NCBI GenBank assembly: GCA_031414535.1
Contig: JANNVQ010000054.1
Location: 1-64,000 of the forward strand
Direction: 5' to 3'
Source of the DNA: Gemmatimonas sp.
GTDB lineage: Bacteria > Gemmatimonadota > Gemmatimonadetes > Gemmatimonadales > Gemmatimonadaceae
Length of the DNA stretch: 64,000 bases
Positions 1-9,082 of the stretch are shown here, piece by piece. Position 1 is the first letter of the stretch, and each line of letters begins with the position of its first letter. The notes beneath the pieces are model-generated. The model worked only from the letters and a program-made list of their open reading frames with translations. It had not been told where the DNA came from and made no database searches. The position numbers and the translations under genes were made by a program.

Positions 1-414
1 CAGCACCCGGGTGGGGCGTTGGGTTACCGGTTCAAGTCTTCCGGCCAGCGCGACGGGGGGCTGGTGTATGTGTCCGACAGCGAACTCGCGCCGCACCCGC
101 GGTACGACTCGCCGCCGGACTGGCGGGAACAGATGGTGGAGTTTGTGCGTGGCGCGCAGGTGCTGATCCACGATACGACCTACACCACCGAGGAGTACGA
201 CCACCACCGCGGTTGGGGGCACTCGACCTACGCAGAGGCGGTGGAGTTAGCGCTTGAGGCGAAGGTGGGGACGCTCGTGCTCTACCATCACGAACCCCGT
301 CGCACCGACGACGACCTCGACCAGCAGCTGGCCCGGTGCCGGCAGACGGTGAAGGACCGTGGGGCCACGCTTCAGGTGGTGGCCGCCGCAGAAGGTTTGA
401 CCCTGACTCTCTAA
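1..414 (+). CDS. MBL-fold metallo-hydrolase (RNase Z/phosphodiesterase-like), 5' truncated
   Basis: Frame is open from base 1 (QHPGGALGYR). Motifs VYVSDSE, LIHDTTY, GWGHST and LYHHEP match the C-terminal half of the MBL fold. Confidence 0.8.
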   Translation, partial: QHPGGALGYRFKSSGQRDGGLVYVSDSELAPHPRYDSPPDWREQMVEFVRGAQVLIHDTTYTTEEYDHHRGWGHSTYAEAVELALEAKVGTLVLYHHEPRRTDDDLDQQLARCRQTVKDRGATLQVVAAAEGLTLTL

Positions 415-432
415 CCTCCCCAGGAGGCTGTG

Positions 433-1149
433 ATGTTGAAGCAAATCGTACGTGCCACTGCAGTGTTGGCCTTGGCGACCACGTCGTTGTTCGCCCAAGA
501 CGACATGCGCCCCACCGTGGCCGTGCTGCCGTTCGTGAACAGCGCCATCGGCGATGCGCAGACCGAACTCGCTCCGCTGTCCAAGGGCATCGCGGACCTC
601 CTCATCATCGAGCTCGGCCAGAACACCGGCATCCGTCTTGTGGAGCGCGAGAACATCTCGCGCATCCTTGAGGAGCAGAACCTCGCCCGCGATGGCCGCG
701 TAGACGATGCGACGGCTGCGCGCATCGGCCGCCTCCTGGGTGCCAAGCACATCATCACAGGGTCCTTCGTGACCGACCGCTCCGGCACAATGGTGGTGAC
801 GCTCAAGACCATTGACGTCGAGACCTCGCGCATCTCGTGGACGCACATGGACCGCGACCGCACCGATAACTTTCTTTCGTTGGTGAGCAAGGTTGGCCAA
901 GCCGCGAACCGTGGATTGAACCTGCCCGCTCTGACGCCGCAGGCCCGCCAGACCAGCGAGGCCCGCACGCAGACGCAGGCTCGCGTGCCATTCCGTGCGG
1001 TGATGCTGTACTCGCGCGCCATCAGCGCGCAGGACTCCGGCAACCGCGACGAAGCCATGACCCTCTTCAATCAGGTGGTCCGGGACTTCCCAGACTTCAA
1101 GGACGCCGAGACCGCCCGCAATCGCCTGCAGGGCGGCGGCGGCAACTAA
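433..1149 (+). CDS. Secreted CsgG/HfaB (TolB-N-like) family protein with C-terminal TPR-like helix
   Basis: AGGAGG RBS, signal peptide, TVAVLPF and LVERENISRILEEQ...AARIGRLLGAKHIITGS motifs. Confidence 0.75.
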   Translation: MLKQIVRATAVLALATTSLFAQDDMRPTVAVLPFVNSAIGDAQTELAPLSKGIADLLIIELGQNTGIRLVERENISRILEEQNLARDGRVDDATAARIGRLLGAKHIITGSFVTDRSGTMVVTLKTIDVETSRISWTHMDRDRTDNFLSLVSKVGQAANRGLNLPALTPQARQTSEARTQTQARVPFRAVMLYSRAISAQDSGNRDEAMTLFNQVVRDFPDFKDAETARNRLQGGGGN

Positions 1150-1182
1150 TACTGGCGGGTAGGGCCATCGCCATCACAACTT

Positions 1183-1219
1183 TGAACCGCCGACGCTCAT
1201 CCAGAGCGTCGGCGGTTCA
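1183..1219 (+). terminator. 16-bp perfect hairpin, probable terminator
   Basis: TGAACCGCCGACGCTC-ATCCA-GAGCGTCGGCGGTTCA downstream of the CsgG-like gene; weak U tract. Confidence 0.6.
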
Positions 1220-1243
1220 TCGTTAACCCTCCTTCGTCACCCC

Positions 1244-3238
1244 GTGCAGCCACTCGTCCTGGTTCCCGAAGGTCGTAGCTTCGCCTCACTGCCCACGCTG
1301 GGCGCAGATGACCGCACGCTGGAAGTGCAACGCCTGCGCACGCTTCCCACCGCCACCGAATTGCCCGCAGACAGGCCGGTGGTGGTCTTTGTGGATGCGG
1401 CCTTCGCCCACGGCTCGGCAGCACACCTTGCTCCGCTTGCCGAACGCGCGGCGCTCATTGGCGTGGGCGAAGCCGGCGAAGTGGGCCCAAGCGGAGCTCT
1501 GGCCGACGCGGCCCTCGTCGGTTGGATTGCCAGCGATGCGCATCCGGCCGCCGCGCGGACAACGTTTCAGGGCGCGCTCCGTCATGCCGCCACGCTCGTC
1601 GCCGCAGCTCGCGCGTCGGCCTTGCAGCAGTCATCGGCCTCCGACCTACGCGAGCTCTCGCGTGTGGGCGCCGCGCTCGCCACTGAGCGTGACCTCGATA
1701 CGCTGCTTGGGATGATTCTCACACAGGCGCGACGGCTCTCCGATGCCGACGCTGGATCCCTCTATCTCGTGGAACAGGACGAGAGCGGAAATCCGAGCAA
1801 CCTGCGCTTCAAGCTTTCACAGAATACGACGCTGCCGGAGCTCCCCTTCTCCGAGTTTACGATCCCGATCGATCACGCTTCGCTCTCGGGCTACGTGGCC
1901 GCAACGGGTGAGCGCTTGATGATTGGCGACGTGTACTTACTGCCGGAGCACGTGACCTACAGGCAAAATCGCTCCTTCGACGACAAGTTCGGATATCGCA
2001 CGAAGTCCATGTTGGTGTTGCCGATGTTCACCTTGAAGGACGAGGTGATCGGCGTGCTCCAGTTGATCAACAAGAAGCGCGAATTCGAGTCAGTGCTCTC
2101 CTCGGCGGAGGTCGTGGAGCGCCAGGTTATTCCATTCGACCAGTACTCGGCAGACATGGTGTCGGCGCTGGCCGCGCAGGCAGCGGTGGCCATCGAGAAC
2201 TCACATCTCTACGAAGACATCGAGCGGCTGTTTGAGGGCTTCGTCACCGCGGCCGTCACCGCAATTGAATCACGAGATCCCACGACCTCGGGTCACTCCT
2301 TCCGCGTCGCGACGCTCACCACAGGGCTCGCCGAGTCGGTGGACCGCGCCGGCGAGGGCCCGTACAAGGGCGTCACCTTCTCCAAGGACCAGCTCCGCGA
2401 GCTGCGCTACGCGGGCCTGCTGCACGACTTCGGCAAGGTTGGCGTCCGCGAGCAGGTGCTGGTGAAGCAGAAGAAGCTCTACGGCGCCGATCTCGCACTC
2501 GTGCGTGGACGCTTCCAGTTCCTGATGCAACAGGCAGATTTGGAGTACGAGCGCGAACGCGCGGAGTACCTGGCCGAGCATGGGCAGCGGGATTACGCCG
2601 AGGCCGCGGCGCGGCTCGACCTCATGCGTCGCGAGCAACGGGACCAGTTATTGCGCTGGCAGGACGCCATCATTCGCGCGAACGAACCGACGATCCTGCC
2701 CGAGGGCACCTTCACTGAGCTCGAGGAAATTCACCGCCACACCTACGTGGACTTCGATGGCGCGGTGCGTCCGCTGCTGAACGACGACGAGTTGCGCTTC
2801 CTAATGATCAACAAAGGCAACCTCGACGGACGCGAGCGTCGCGAAATTGAATCGCACGTCACGCACACGTATCGCTTTTTGCAACAGATTCCTTGGACGC
2901 GCGAATTGCGTGGCATTCCGGACATTGCCTACGGCCACCACGAGAAGCTGAACGGCATGGGTTATCCGAGAGGCGTGAAGGAGCCGGAGATTCCCGTGCA
3001 GACGCGGATGATGACCATCGCCGACATCTACGACGCGCTGACGGCCACGGATCGGCCGTACAAGCGTGCGGTCCCGGTGGAGCGTGCGCTCGACATTCTG
3101 CACGCCGAAGCGAAAGGCGGATTAGTTGATGCGGATCTGCTCGCGACCTTCACGGCGTCCCAAGTGTGGAAGCGCGTGACGCCCTCAGAAGGGACTAAGC
3201 GACGCTCGGGTCAAACAGGAACCTTTCAAGTTCCCTAG
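1244..3238 (+). CDS. GAF + HD-GYP cyclic-dinucleotide phosphodiesterase
   Basis: GAF region (IGVLQLINK), RDPTTSGHS, LLHDFGK, HHEKLNGMGYP, IADIYDALTATDRPYK. Confidence 0.9.
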   Translation: MQPLVLVPEGRSFASLPTLGADDRTLEVQRLRTLPTATELPADRPVVVFVDAAFAHGSAAHLAPLAERAALIGVGEAGEVGPSGALADAALVGWIASDAHPAAARTTFQGALRHAATLVAAARASALQQSSASDLRELSRVGAALATERDLDTLLGMILTQARRLSDADAGSLYLVEQDESGNPSNLRFKLSQNTTLPELPFSEFTIPIDHASLSGYVAATGERLMIGDVYLLPEHVTYRQNRSFDDKFGYRTKSMLVLPMFTLKDEVIGVLQLINKKREFESVLSSAEVVERQVIPFDQYSADMVSALAAQAAVAIENSHLYEDIERLFEGFVTAAVTAIESRDPTTSGHSFRVATLTTGLAESVDRAGEGPYKGVTFSKDQLRELRYAGLLHDFGKVGVREQVLVKQKKLYGADLALVRGRFQFLMQQADLEYERERAEYLAEHGQRDYAEAAARLDLMRREQRDQLLRWQDAIIRANEPTILPEGTFTELEEIHRHTYVDFDGAVRPLLNDDELRFLMINKGNLDGRERREIESHVTHTYRFLQQIPWTRELRGIPDIAYGHHEKLNGMGYPRGVKEPEIPVQTRMMTIADIYDALTATDRPYKRAVPVERALDILHAEAKGGLVDADLLATFTASQVWKRVTPSEGTKRRSGQTGTFQVP

Positions 3239-3264
3239 TCTGCTGACAGGCGCCTCAGGACTGG

Positions 3265-4788
3265 CTACTCAACGCCCCAACCGCCGCCGCCCGGCGTACG
3301 AAGCTCGAGCACATCGCCGGCTTTGAGTTGGCGGCGGCATTTCGCGGGAAGCGGCTCGCCGTTGAGGAGGTTCTCGCCCTTCGCGCCGTCGCCACCACCC
3401 TGCGCGCCTTTGGGCGCCACGGCGCGACGCTCAGTGAGCAGCGTAACCGTGCACGCCTCGAGTACTCGGTAACGCCGGATGACGCCTTCGCCACCGCGAT
3501 ACTTACCACGGCCTGCGCTGTCATCCCGCAGCGCGTAGCGTTCAATCACGATTGGGTACGCGTGCTCCAGCGATTCAATAGGCGTGTTACGCGTGTTGCT
3601 CATTCCTACGTGCACCGCGCTCGGGCCATCCCCGCGCGCACTCGCGCCCTGGCCACCGCCAAGGGTTTCGTAGAACGTCCAGCCAGCGCCACCAAAGGTG
3701 ACGTTGTTCATTGTGCCCTGCCCCTGCGCCGGCACCGCAACACCTGCAGCCGCCAGCGCGGCAAACAACAGGTCGGTGAGGCGCTGACTCATCTCCACGT
3801 TTCCCGCCGCCACGGCCGCCGGGCTCCTCGCAGCGATGCAGCAGTTATCCGGTGTGCTGATATGAATGGCGCGAGCGATCCCATCGTTGGTGGGCACATC
3901 GTCATCGAGCAGGGACCGCAACACAAACAGTGCGGCCGCTCTCGTGACTTGGATGGGACAGTTCACGTTCCCGCGCACCATCGGCGAGGTCCCGGCGAAG
4001 TCCAGATTGAGAGCGCCGTCCCGGACCGAGAGCGCGACGCGCAGCGGTACAGGATCCTCCGTGACACCGTCACCTTCGAGCACGTCCTCCGCGACGCTGC
4101 TGGCGCCCTCAAGGAGCCGCAACCGCGCCACCGCTCGGCGCTCCGCGTATTCGAGGAGTGCGGCGCCGGCATCTTCGACGACAGCGAGTCCGTGCCGCGC
4201 GATGAGTGCGCACCAGCCGGCCGCGCCCGCCGCACACGCAGCGCGCTGCGCCGCGAGGTCGCCGCGGCGCTCGTCTGGCGTGCGCACATTGGCGAGCACC
4301 ATGGCGAGCAACTCCTCGTCCTGCACACCGCCGCGAATCAAACGCACTGGCGGCAGGATGAGTCCCTCTTGCACCAACTCAGTAGCGCCCTGCGGCATGC
4401 TGCCAGGGCTCATGCCGCCAACGTCGGCGTGATGCGCCCGTACGACGGCGTATCCCACAATCGTGCCACTGATGGCGATGGCCTCGACCATCGTGAGGTC
4501 CGGGAGATGCGAGCCACCGGCCCACGGCGAGTTGAGCAGGAATACGTCACCGGGATTGGGGCCCAGCGCTCGCACGGCACGCACAGACTCTGGAAGCGCG
4601 CCGAGGTGTACGGGAATGTGCGCCGCTTGGGCAATCATCTGGCCCTTGGCATCGAAGAGCGCACAGCTCGCGTCACGACGCTCGCGGATGTTTGGCGAGA
4701 GCGAACCGCGAATGAGCACGGAGCCCATTTCCTCCGCGATGGTCGCGAAGGCCGAACCCCACACGGCGAGGGAGAGCGCACTGGTCAT
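3265..4788 (-). CDS. Hydantoinase B/oxoprolinase family protein
   Basis: SPNIRERRDASCALFD, HIPVHLG, GSHLPD, HHADVGG, TPGGGGWG. Confidence 0.9.
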   Translation of the reverse strand: MTSALSLAVWGSAFATIAEEMGSVLIRGSLSPNIRERRDASCALFDAKGQMIAQAAHIPVHLGALPESVRAVRALGPNPGDVFLLNSPWAGGSHLPDLTMVEAIAISGTIVGYAVVRAHHADVGGMSPGSMPQGATELVQEGLILPPVRLIRGGVQDEELLAMVLANVRTPDERRGDLAAQRAACAAGAAGWCALIARHGLAVVEDAGAALLEYAERRAVARLRLLEGASSVAEDVLEGDGVTEDPVPLRVALSVRDGALNLDFAGTSPMVRGNVNCPIQVTRAAALFVLRSLLDDDVPTNDGIARAIHISTPDNCCIAARSPAAVAAGNVEMSQRLTDLLFAALAAAGVAVPAQGQGTMNNVTFGGAGWTFYETLGGGQGASARGDGPSAVHVGMSNTRNTPIESLEHAYPIVIERYALRDDSAGRGKYRGGEGVIRRYRVLEACTVTLLTERRAVAPKGAQGGGDGAKGENLLNGEPLPAKCRRQLKAGDVLELRTPGGGGWGVE

Positions 4789-6713
4789 GACGCCGCTCCC
4801 GGAGACTCACGGGTAACACGCCAGCCTCCGATACCGAGTGCCTCGGCGCGCCAGCCATCGGCCACGAAGAGCGTAGCATCGGGCAATGCAATCGTGGTGG
4901 GGCCCACTACGTGAATGCCATCGGCCAAGCCGCCAGCGTCCACGCGCTTCACCGCATCGTATGACGGCAGCGCAGCGTCGCGAGTGAAGCGTGCCGTGCG
5001 CGCAGGCTCACCCGCCTCGTGCCTTAGCGCCACAACCTCGACGTCAGCGGGCAAGGTGAATCCGTAGCGCGCGGCGTGCGCCGCAGCGAATCGTTGCGCG
5101 ATGCTACGGCCGTCTTCCCCACTGCTCGGCTCAGCCAAGGCAATCTCAAGCTCATGGCCTTGGCCGCGGTATCGGACCCGTGCCAGAGTGCGGCGCGTAT
5201 TGCCCTCAACCTTGGACGCCAGCGCGGAAACGGCTTCAGCCAACCGAGGAGCCGACAGTTCATTGCAGAGCACGAGCAAGCTCGCAGCCGCTTCGTGGCG
5301 CTCCGGTGCCAGTGCAAGCCCAACGGCGCTCAGCACGCCGGCGAATGGCGGCACGATGATGCTCGGCATATCGAGGGCATCCGCCAATGCGCAGGCGTGG
5401 AGCGGCCCGCCACCACCGAAGGCCACCAGTGCACAGCTGCGGGGATCTACGCCGCGTTCCACGCTCACTCGACGCAGTGCGCGCGCCATTTCCGCATCAG
5501 CAATGGCAACGATGGCCGCTGCCGTGCGCGTGACATCGCTGTTGAGTCTTGCCGCGAGTGAAGCGATGGCTTGCGTCGCGGCCTCTGTGCTAAGCGCCAC
5601 ACCGCCGCTCATGGCCCGAGCGCTGATACGGCCAAGCACGAGCTGCGCATCCGTCACCGTGGGTTCCGTACCACCGCGGCCGAATGCGACGGGGCCGGGC
5701 CGCGCGCCCGCGGAGCGAGGGCCAACGCGCAAGGCGCCGCCATCGTCACACCAGGCAATGCTTCCACCGCCAGCCGAGACGGTTTCCACGAGTACGCGCG
5801 GTAGTGCGATGGGTGCGCCTGCGACTTCGCCGCCGGCTTCGACCAGCGGCTCCGCGTCGAGAATGAGCCCCGCGTCCGCACTGGTTCCACCTATGTCCAT
5901 CGTGAGTGCGTTGCTCACGCCCAAGGCACGCATCACGGCCGCGGCGCCTACGACGCCGCCGGCGGGTCCGGAGAGCGCGAGCGAGGCGGCGTGTCGCGCG
6001 GCGGTGGCAGAGGGGCGCATGCCTCCTCCGCTGGTCATCACGGAAGGCGCGGGGTGGCCGGCACTCGCCAATCGCCCTGCGAGCCGCTCCAAATAGCGCA
6101 CCACCGCCGGACGCGCATAGGCCTCGGCTGCCGCCGTCGCGAAGCGCTCGTACTCGCGAATCTCCGGTAGCACTTCCGCGCTCGTGACCACTTCAAGCCC
6201 GGGGCGAGCAGCCTTGAGCGCTTCAGCTAGCCGCTGCTCGTGGCGAGCATCGGCGTAGGAGTGCAGCAGCGCCACAACGATAATTTCGGGCTCGCGCTGT
6301 AGCACAGCATCTACGACTTTGCGTACCGCCAATTCAGTGAGCGCACGCTCTACGCCCTGCGGGGTGACGCGCTCCGGTACCGAGACGACGTCGCCGCGTT
6401 GCACCAGCGCAGGCGGGTGATGCCGAGCGAGATCGTAGAGTGCCGCGCGGTCTTGGCGCCGCAAAAACAATACATCCTCGGCGCCTTCCGTTGCGCAGAG
6501 CACAACACGCGCACCGGCTCGCTCCAGAAGCAGGTTGGTGACGACCGTGGTGCCGTGGATAATTGCCTCGGCGTGCCCATCCAATTGCTGCAAGGAATCG
6601 GCGACGCCTTCATCCTGCTTGCCCGGTGTGGACAGCACTTTCCGTGCGACGACGCGGCCATCAACTGCTAGCGCTGCACGATCGGTGAACGTGCCGCCTA
6701 CATCGATGCCCAC
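4785..6713 (-). CDS. Hydantoinase A/oxoprolinase family protein (start may extend to CTG at 6734)
   Basis: GIDVGGTFTD, HGTT, SGPAGG, DIGGTSAD, GPRSAGARPGP, FGGGGPLHA; 4-bp overlap with the B subunit gene. Confidence 0.9.
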   Translation of the reverse strand: MGIDVGGTFTDRAALAVDGRVVARKVLSTPGKQDEGVADSLQQLDGHAEAIIHGTTVVTNLLLERAGARVVLCATEGAEDVLFLRRQDRAALYDLARHHPPALVQRGDVVSVPERVTPQGVERALTELAVRKVVDAVLQREPEIIVVALLHSYADARHEQRLAEALKAARPGLEVVTSAEVLPEIREYERFATAAAEAYARPAVVRYLERLAGRLASAGHPAPSVMTSGGGMRPSATAARHAASLALSGPAGGVVGAAAVMRALGVSNALTMDIGGTSADAGLILDAEPLVEAGGEVAGAPIALPRVLVETVSAGGGSIAWCDDGGALRVGPRSAGARPGPVAFGRGGTEPTVTDAQLVLGRISARAMSGGVALSTEAATQAIASLAARLNSDVTRTAAAIVAIADAEMARALRRVSVERGVDPRSCALVAFGGGGPLHACALADALDMPSIIVPPFAGVLSAVGLALAPERHEAAASLLVLCNELSAPRLAEAVSALASKVEGNTRRTLARVRYRGQGHELEIALAEPSSGEDGRSIAQRFAAAHAARYGFTLPADVEVVALRHEAGEPARTARFTRDAALPSYDAVKRVDAGGLADGIHVVGPTTIALPDATLFVADGWRAEALGIGGWRVTRESPGAAS

Positions 6714-6730
6714 GCGCCAGGCGGTGCCGC

Positions 6731-7987
6731 TCAGGAGTGGGCCTCAGCTAGCGGGCGGGTGTGCCGCCAGATGGCGATGGCGAGTCCAAGGTGCGCCGGA
6801 AGCAGAATGAGTAGCGGCCCGCCGAGTTTCTGAGTCACAAAGGGTGCGAGCACTAGGGCGAGCACCGCCTGCGCGACTACGGCCGCGAGAACGATCTGCG
6901 TGGATCTACCCATTGTTCCGCGCAGCACCGCGCGGGCGCCGAGCACCGCGGCAAACAAGGCCAAAGGTGAACAGAGCAGCAGCGTGAGGTTGTGGTACCA
7001 GAAAACGTGCGCGGAGCCGAGCCACATACCCAGCAAGACCACTCCGAGCGTGCCAGTGAGTCCGTAGAAAAGCGCTGCCATGACCGCAGCCGGAATGCGC
7101 CGCGTGCGGCGACTGGCTGGCGCGACGGGCACGAGCATGAGCATCCACGCGCCGAGCACTGGACCCAGTGCGCCAAGCACCAACCCACGCGATTCCTTTG
7201 GCTCTGGCTTCCTCGCCTTTACCACGTGCAGCACGCGCTCTTCCTGCACGAGTGGCATTGTGCCGCCCTGAGGTGCCGGCACGGTGACTTCGCGCAGGTA
7301 GTCGCGTAAGCGCATGGGAATGAACATCGCTTCCCACGCTGAGAGGGGAAGATCCGCCCGGCGGCCAAGTGCGAGGTCTATGCCGAGTTGCGAGTACTGT
7401 GTGGCGGCCGTGAGGCGAACGGACTCACTGCGGTAGCTCCACTCCGTGCGAATGGGCACAAAGCGCCGCTCGAGCGATCCGCCGAGCACAAGATTCAGCG
7501 CGTCGCGGATGCGCGTGGAGCAGTTGTCGCGAAAGTACTCGTAGCGATAGTAGCGATTGGCCTCGAGCGCGTTGTTCGCCGCGAACTGGGCCAACTGCGC
7601 CTTCTCGGCGTCCGAGAGATTGAGTACTTGCTCAATGGACTCGCGATCCATTGACGCGTAGTAGTCTACGAGGCGCTGGGTGGGGAAGGCCTCAACCCAG
7701 TACTTGGTGTCGCCAGAGAGGAAGCGCCCGAGGAAGTTTGGCTGATTGAAGTCAAACATGCCCCAGTTGTACGCGATATCGAGTCCGGTCGCACTGTTCT
7801 GCACGCGTAGCGCGTTGTGGCCGAAGCGTTCGAAGACGAGGTCGCCGGGGCCCCAGGTGATGACGGAGATATGGAGATTAGACTGGGCGGACACCGGACG
7901 GATGACGGATGACGGAAGCAGCAAGCCAAACGCTAGCGCGAGCGCCGTCGCGGCGCATCGAAGCGTCGCCGCCCTTACCCCTAGCAT
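6731..7987 (-). CDS. DUF4105 membrane protein (Lnb-like lipoprotein N-acyltransferase family)
   Basis: Signal peptide, FGHNALRV, YNWGMFDF, YRYEYFRDNCSTR, FIPMRL, several C-terminal TM helices. Confidence 0.75.
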   Translation of the reverse strand: MLGVRAATLRCAATALALAFGLLLPSSVIRPVSAQSNLHISVITWGPGDLVFERFGHNALRVQNSATGLDIAYNWGMFDFNQPNFLGRFLSGDTKYWVEAFPTQRLVDYYASMDRESIEQVLNLSDAEKAQLAQFAANNALEANRYYRYEYFRDNCSTRIRDALNLVLGGSLERRFVPIRTEWSYRSESVRLTAATQYSQLGIDLALGRRADLPLSAWEAMFIPMRLRDYLREVTVPAPQGGTMPLVQEERVLHVVKARKPEPKESRGLVLGALGPVLGAWMLMLVPVAPASRRTRRIPAAVMAALFYGLTGTLGVVLLGMWLGSAHVFWYHNLTLLLCSPLALFAAVLGARAVLRGTMGRSTQIVLAAVVAQAVLALVLAPFVTQKLGGPLLILLPAHLGLAIAIWRHTRPLAEAHS

Positions 7988-8009
7988 CCGTCCTCCGTCA
8001 TCCGTCCGA
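7895..8009. repeat. GACGGAT heptamer inverted-repeat element, copy 1
   Basis: CGGACGGATGACGGATGACGGA (7895-7916) versus TCCGTCCTCCGTCATCCGTCCG (7987-8008): 22-bp inverted repeat with 1 mismatch. Confidence 0.9.
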
Positions 8010-8024
8010 GCGTGGCCGCTCGCC

Positions 8025-9050
8025 TCACAGCCTGATCTCTTTCGCGTCGTCCGCCGCCTTGTAAATCATGTCCAACAGTTTGTAGACGCGGACCGAATCC
8101 TTGGACGCCTCGTACGAAGTATCGCCGCGCAGGACGGCCGCAAAATGCGCGAGTTCCGACCGATAGCTCTGGATAGTGACGGTATCACGCTGTGCCGCAC
8201 CGCTGGGCGAAACGTCCACGGGCCGGCCGTGCAATTCCTTGGTGATGCGCAATGGCGAGAGGCGGGCAGAGCCCTGGGTGCCGAAAATCTCAAACCACCA
8301 GCGGTCCTCATCGCTCACGTAGTTCCAACGCGTATCAATGGACACGGTGAAATTGCCCTGGCACTCGATGGTCACGAGCGCGGCATCTTCCACCGCATTG
8401 GCGCCGCGACCGCGCTCCATGGTGGCGGACACGCGCGTCACGCGCGGGAAGTCGGTCAGCCACCCCGCGAGATCGAGCAGGGGCAGGCCCAACTCAAGGA
8501 AGGAGCCGCCGCCGGCTTCCTGACGACGCTGCCGCCACGGTGCCGTCGGCCCCATGCGACGATACGCACCCGCGCGCACCGCTAAGAGCTTGCCCAGTTC
8601 ACCGCCGCGCAGGAAGGAGTCAAGCGTTTGCGCGTCGTGCCGGAAGCGATGGTTGTTGGCCACCATCGCGATGCGATCGGCCTTCTCTGCCGCCGCGACG
8701 ATGCGCTCGGCGCCGCGTGCGCTCAGGGCGAAGGGGCGCTCGACCAGCACGTGCATCCCCGCCTTGAGCGCCGAGAGCGCGTGCACTTCGTGCGCGTGGT
8801 TGGGTGAGCAGATGACGATGGCGTCGAGATCGGGCGTCTCCAGCAAGTCGTCGATGTCCGTGCACCACGTTTTGACGCCGAAGCGCTGGGCGATACCGCG
8901 AGCTTTGGCGGCGTCGTTATCGCAGAGCGCGACAATCTCAGCACCGCGCATCTTGGACAGCACGGGCAAATGCGCGGTCTGCGCGATGGCCCCGAGGCCG
9001 AGGACGCCGAAGCGGATGGGGCCGGACTTCGGAGAGGATACGGTGGGCAC
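8025..9050 (-). CDS. Gfo/Idh/MocA family oxidoreductase
   Basis: RFGVLGLGAIA Rossmann motif, ICSPNHAH, HVLVERP, GGGSFLELG. The GTG start at 9050 is inferred; the ORF track extends to 9188. Confidence 0.85.
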   Translation of the reverse strand: MPTVSSPKSGPIRFGVLGLGAIAQTAHLPVLSKMRGAEIVALCDNDAAKARGIAQRFGVKTWCTDIDDLLETPDLDAIVICSPNHAHEVHALSALKAGMHVLVERPFALSARGAERIVAAAEKADRIAMVANNHRFRHDAQTLDSFLRGGELGKLLAVRAGAYRRMGPTAPWRQRRQEAGGGSFLELGLPLLDLAGWLTDFPRVTRVSATMERGRGANAVEDAALVTIECQGNFTVSIDTRWNYVSDEDRWWFEIFGTQGSARLSPLRITKELHGRPVDVSPSGAAQRDTVTIQSYRSELAHFAAVLRGDTSYEASKDSVRVYKLLDMIYKAADDAKEIRL

Positions 9051-9082
9051 GGTGGGCTTCGGTGGCGTGAATGCTACGTGAG

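Noticed and set aside
3328..4914. 528-aa plus-strand ORF
   Set aside because: Antisense shadow of hydantoinase B with no motifs; typical of GC-rich codon bias.
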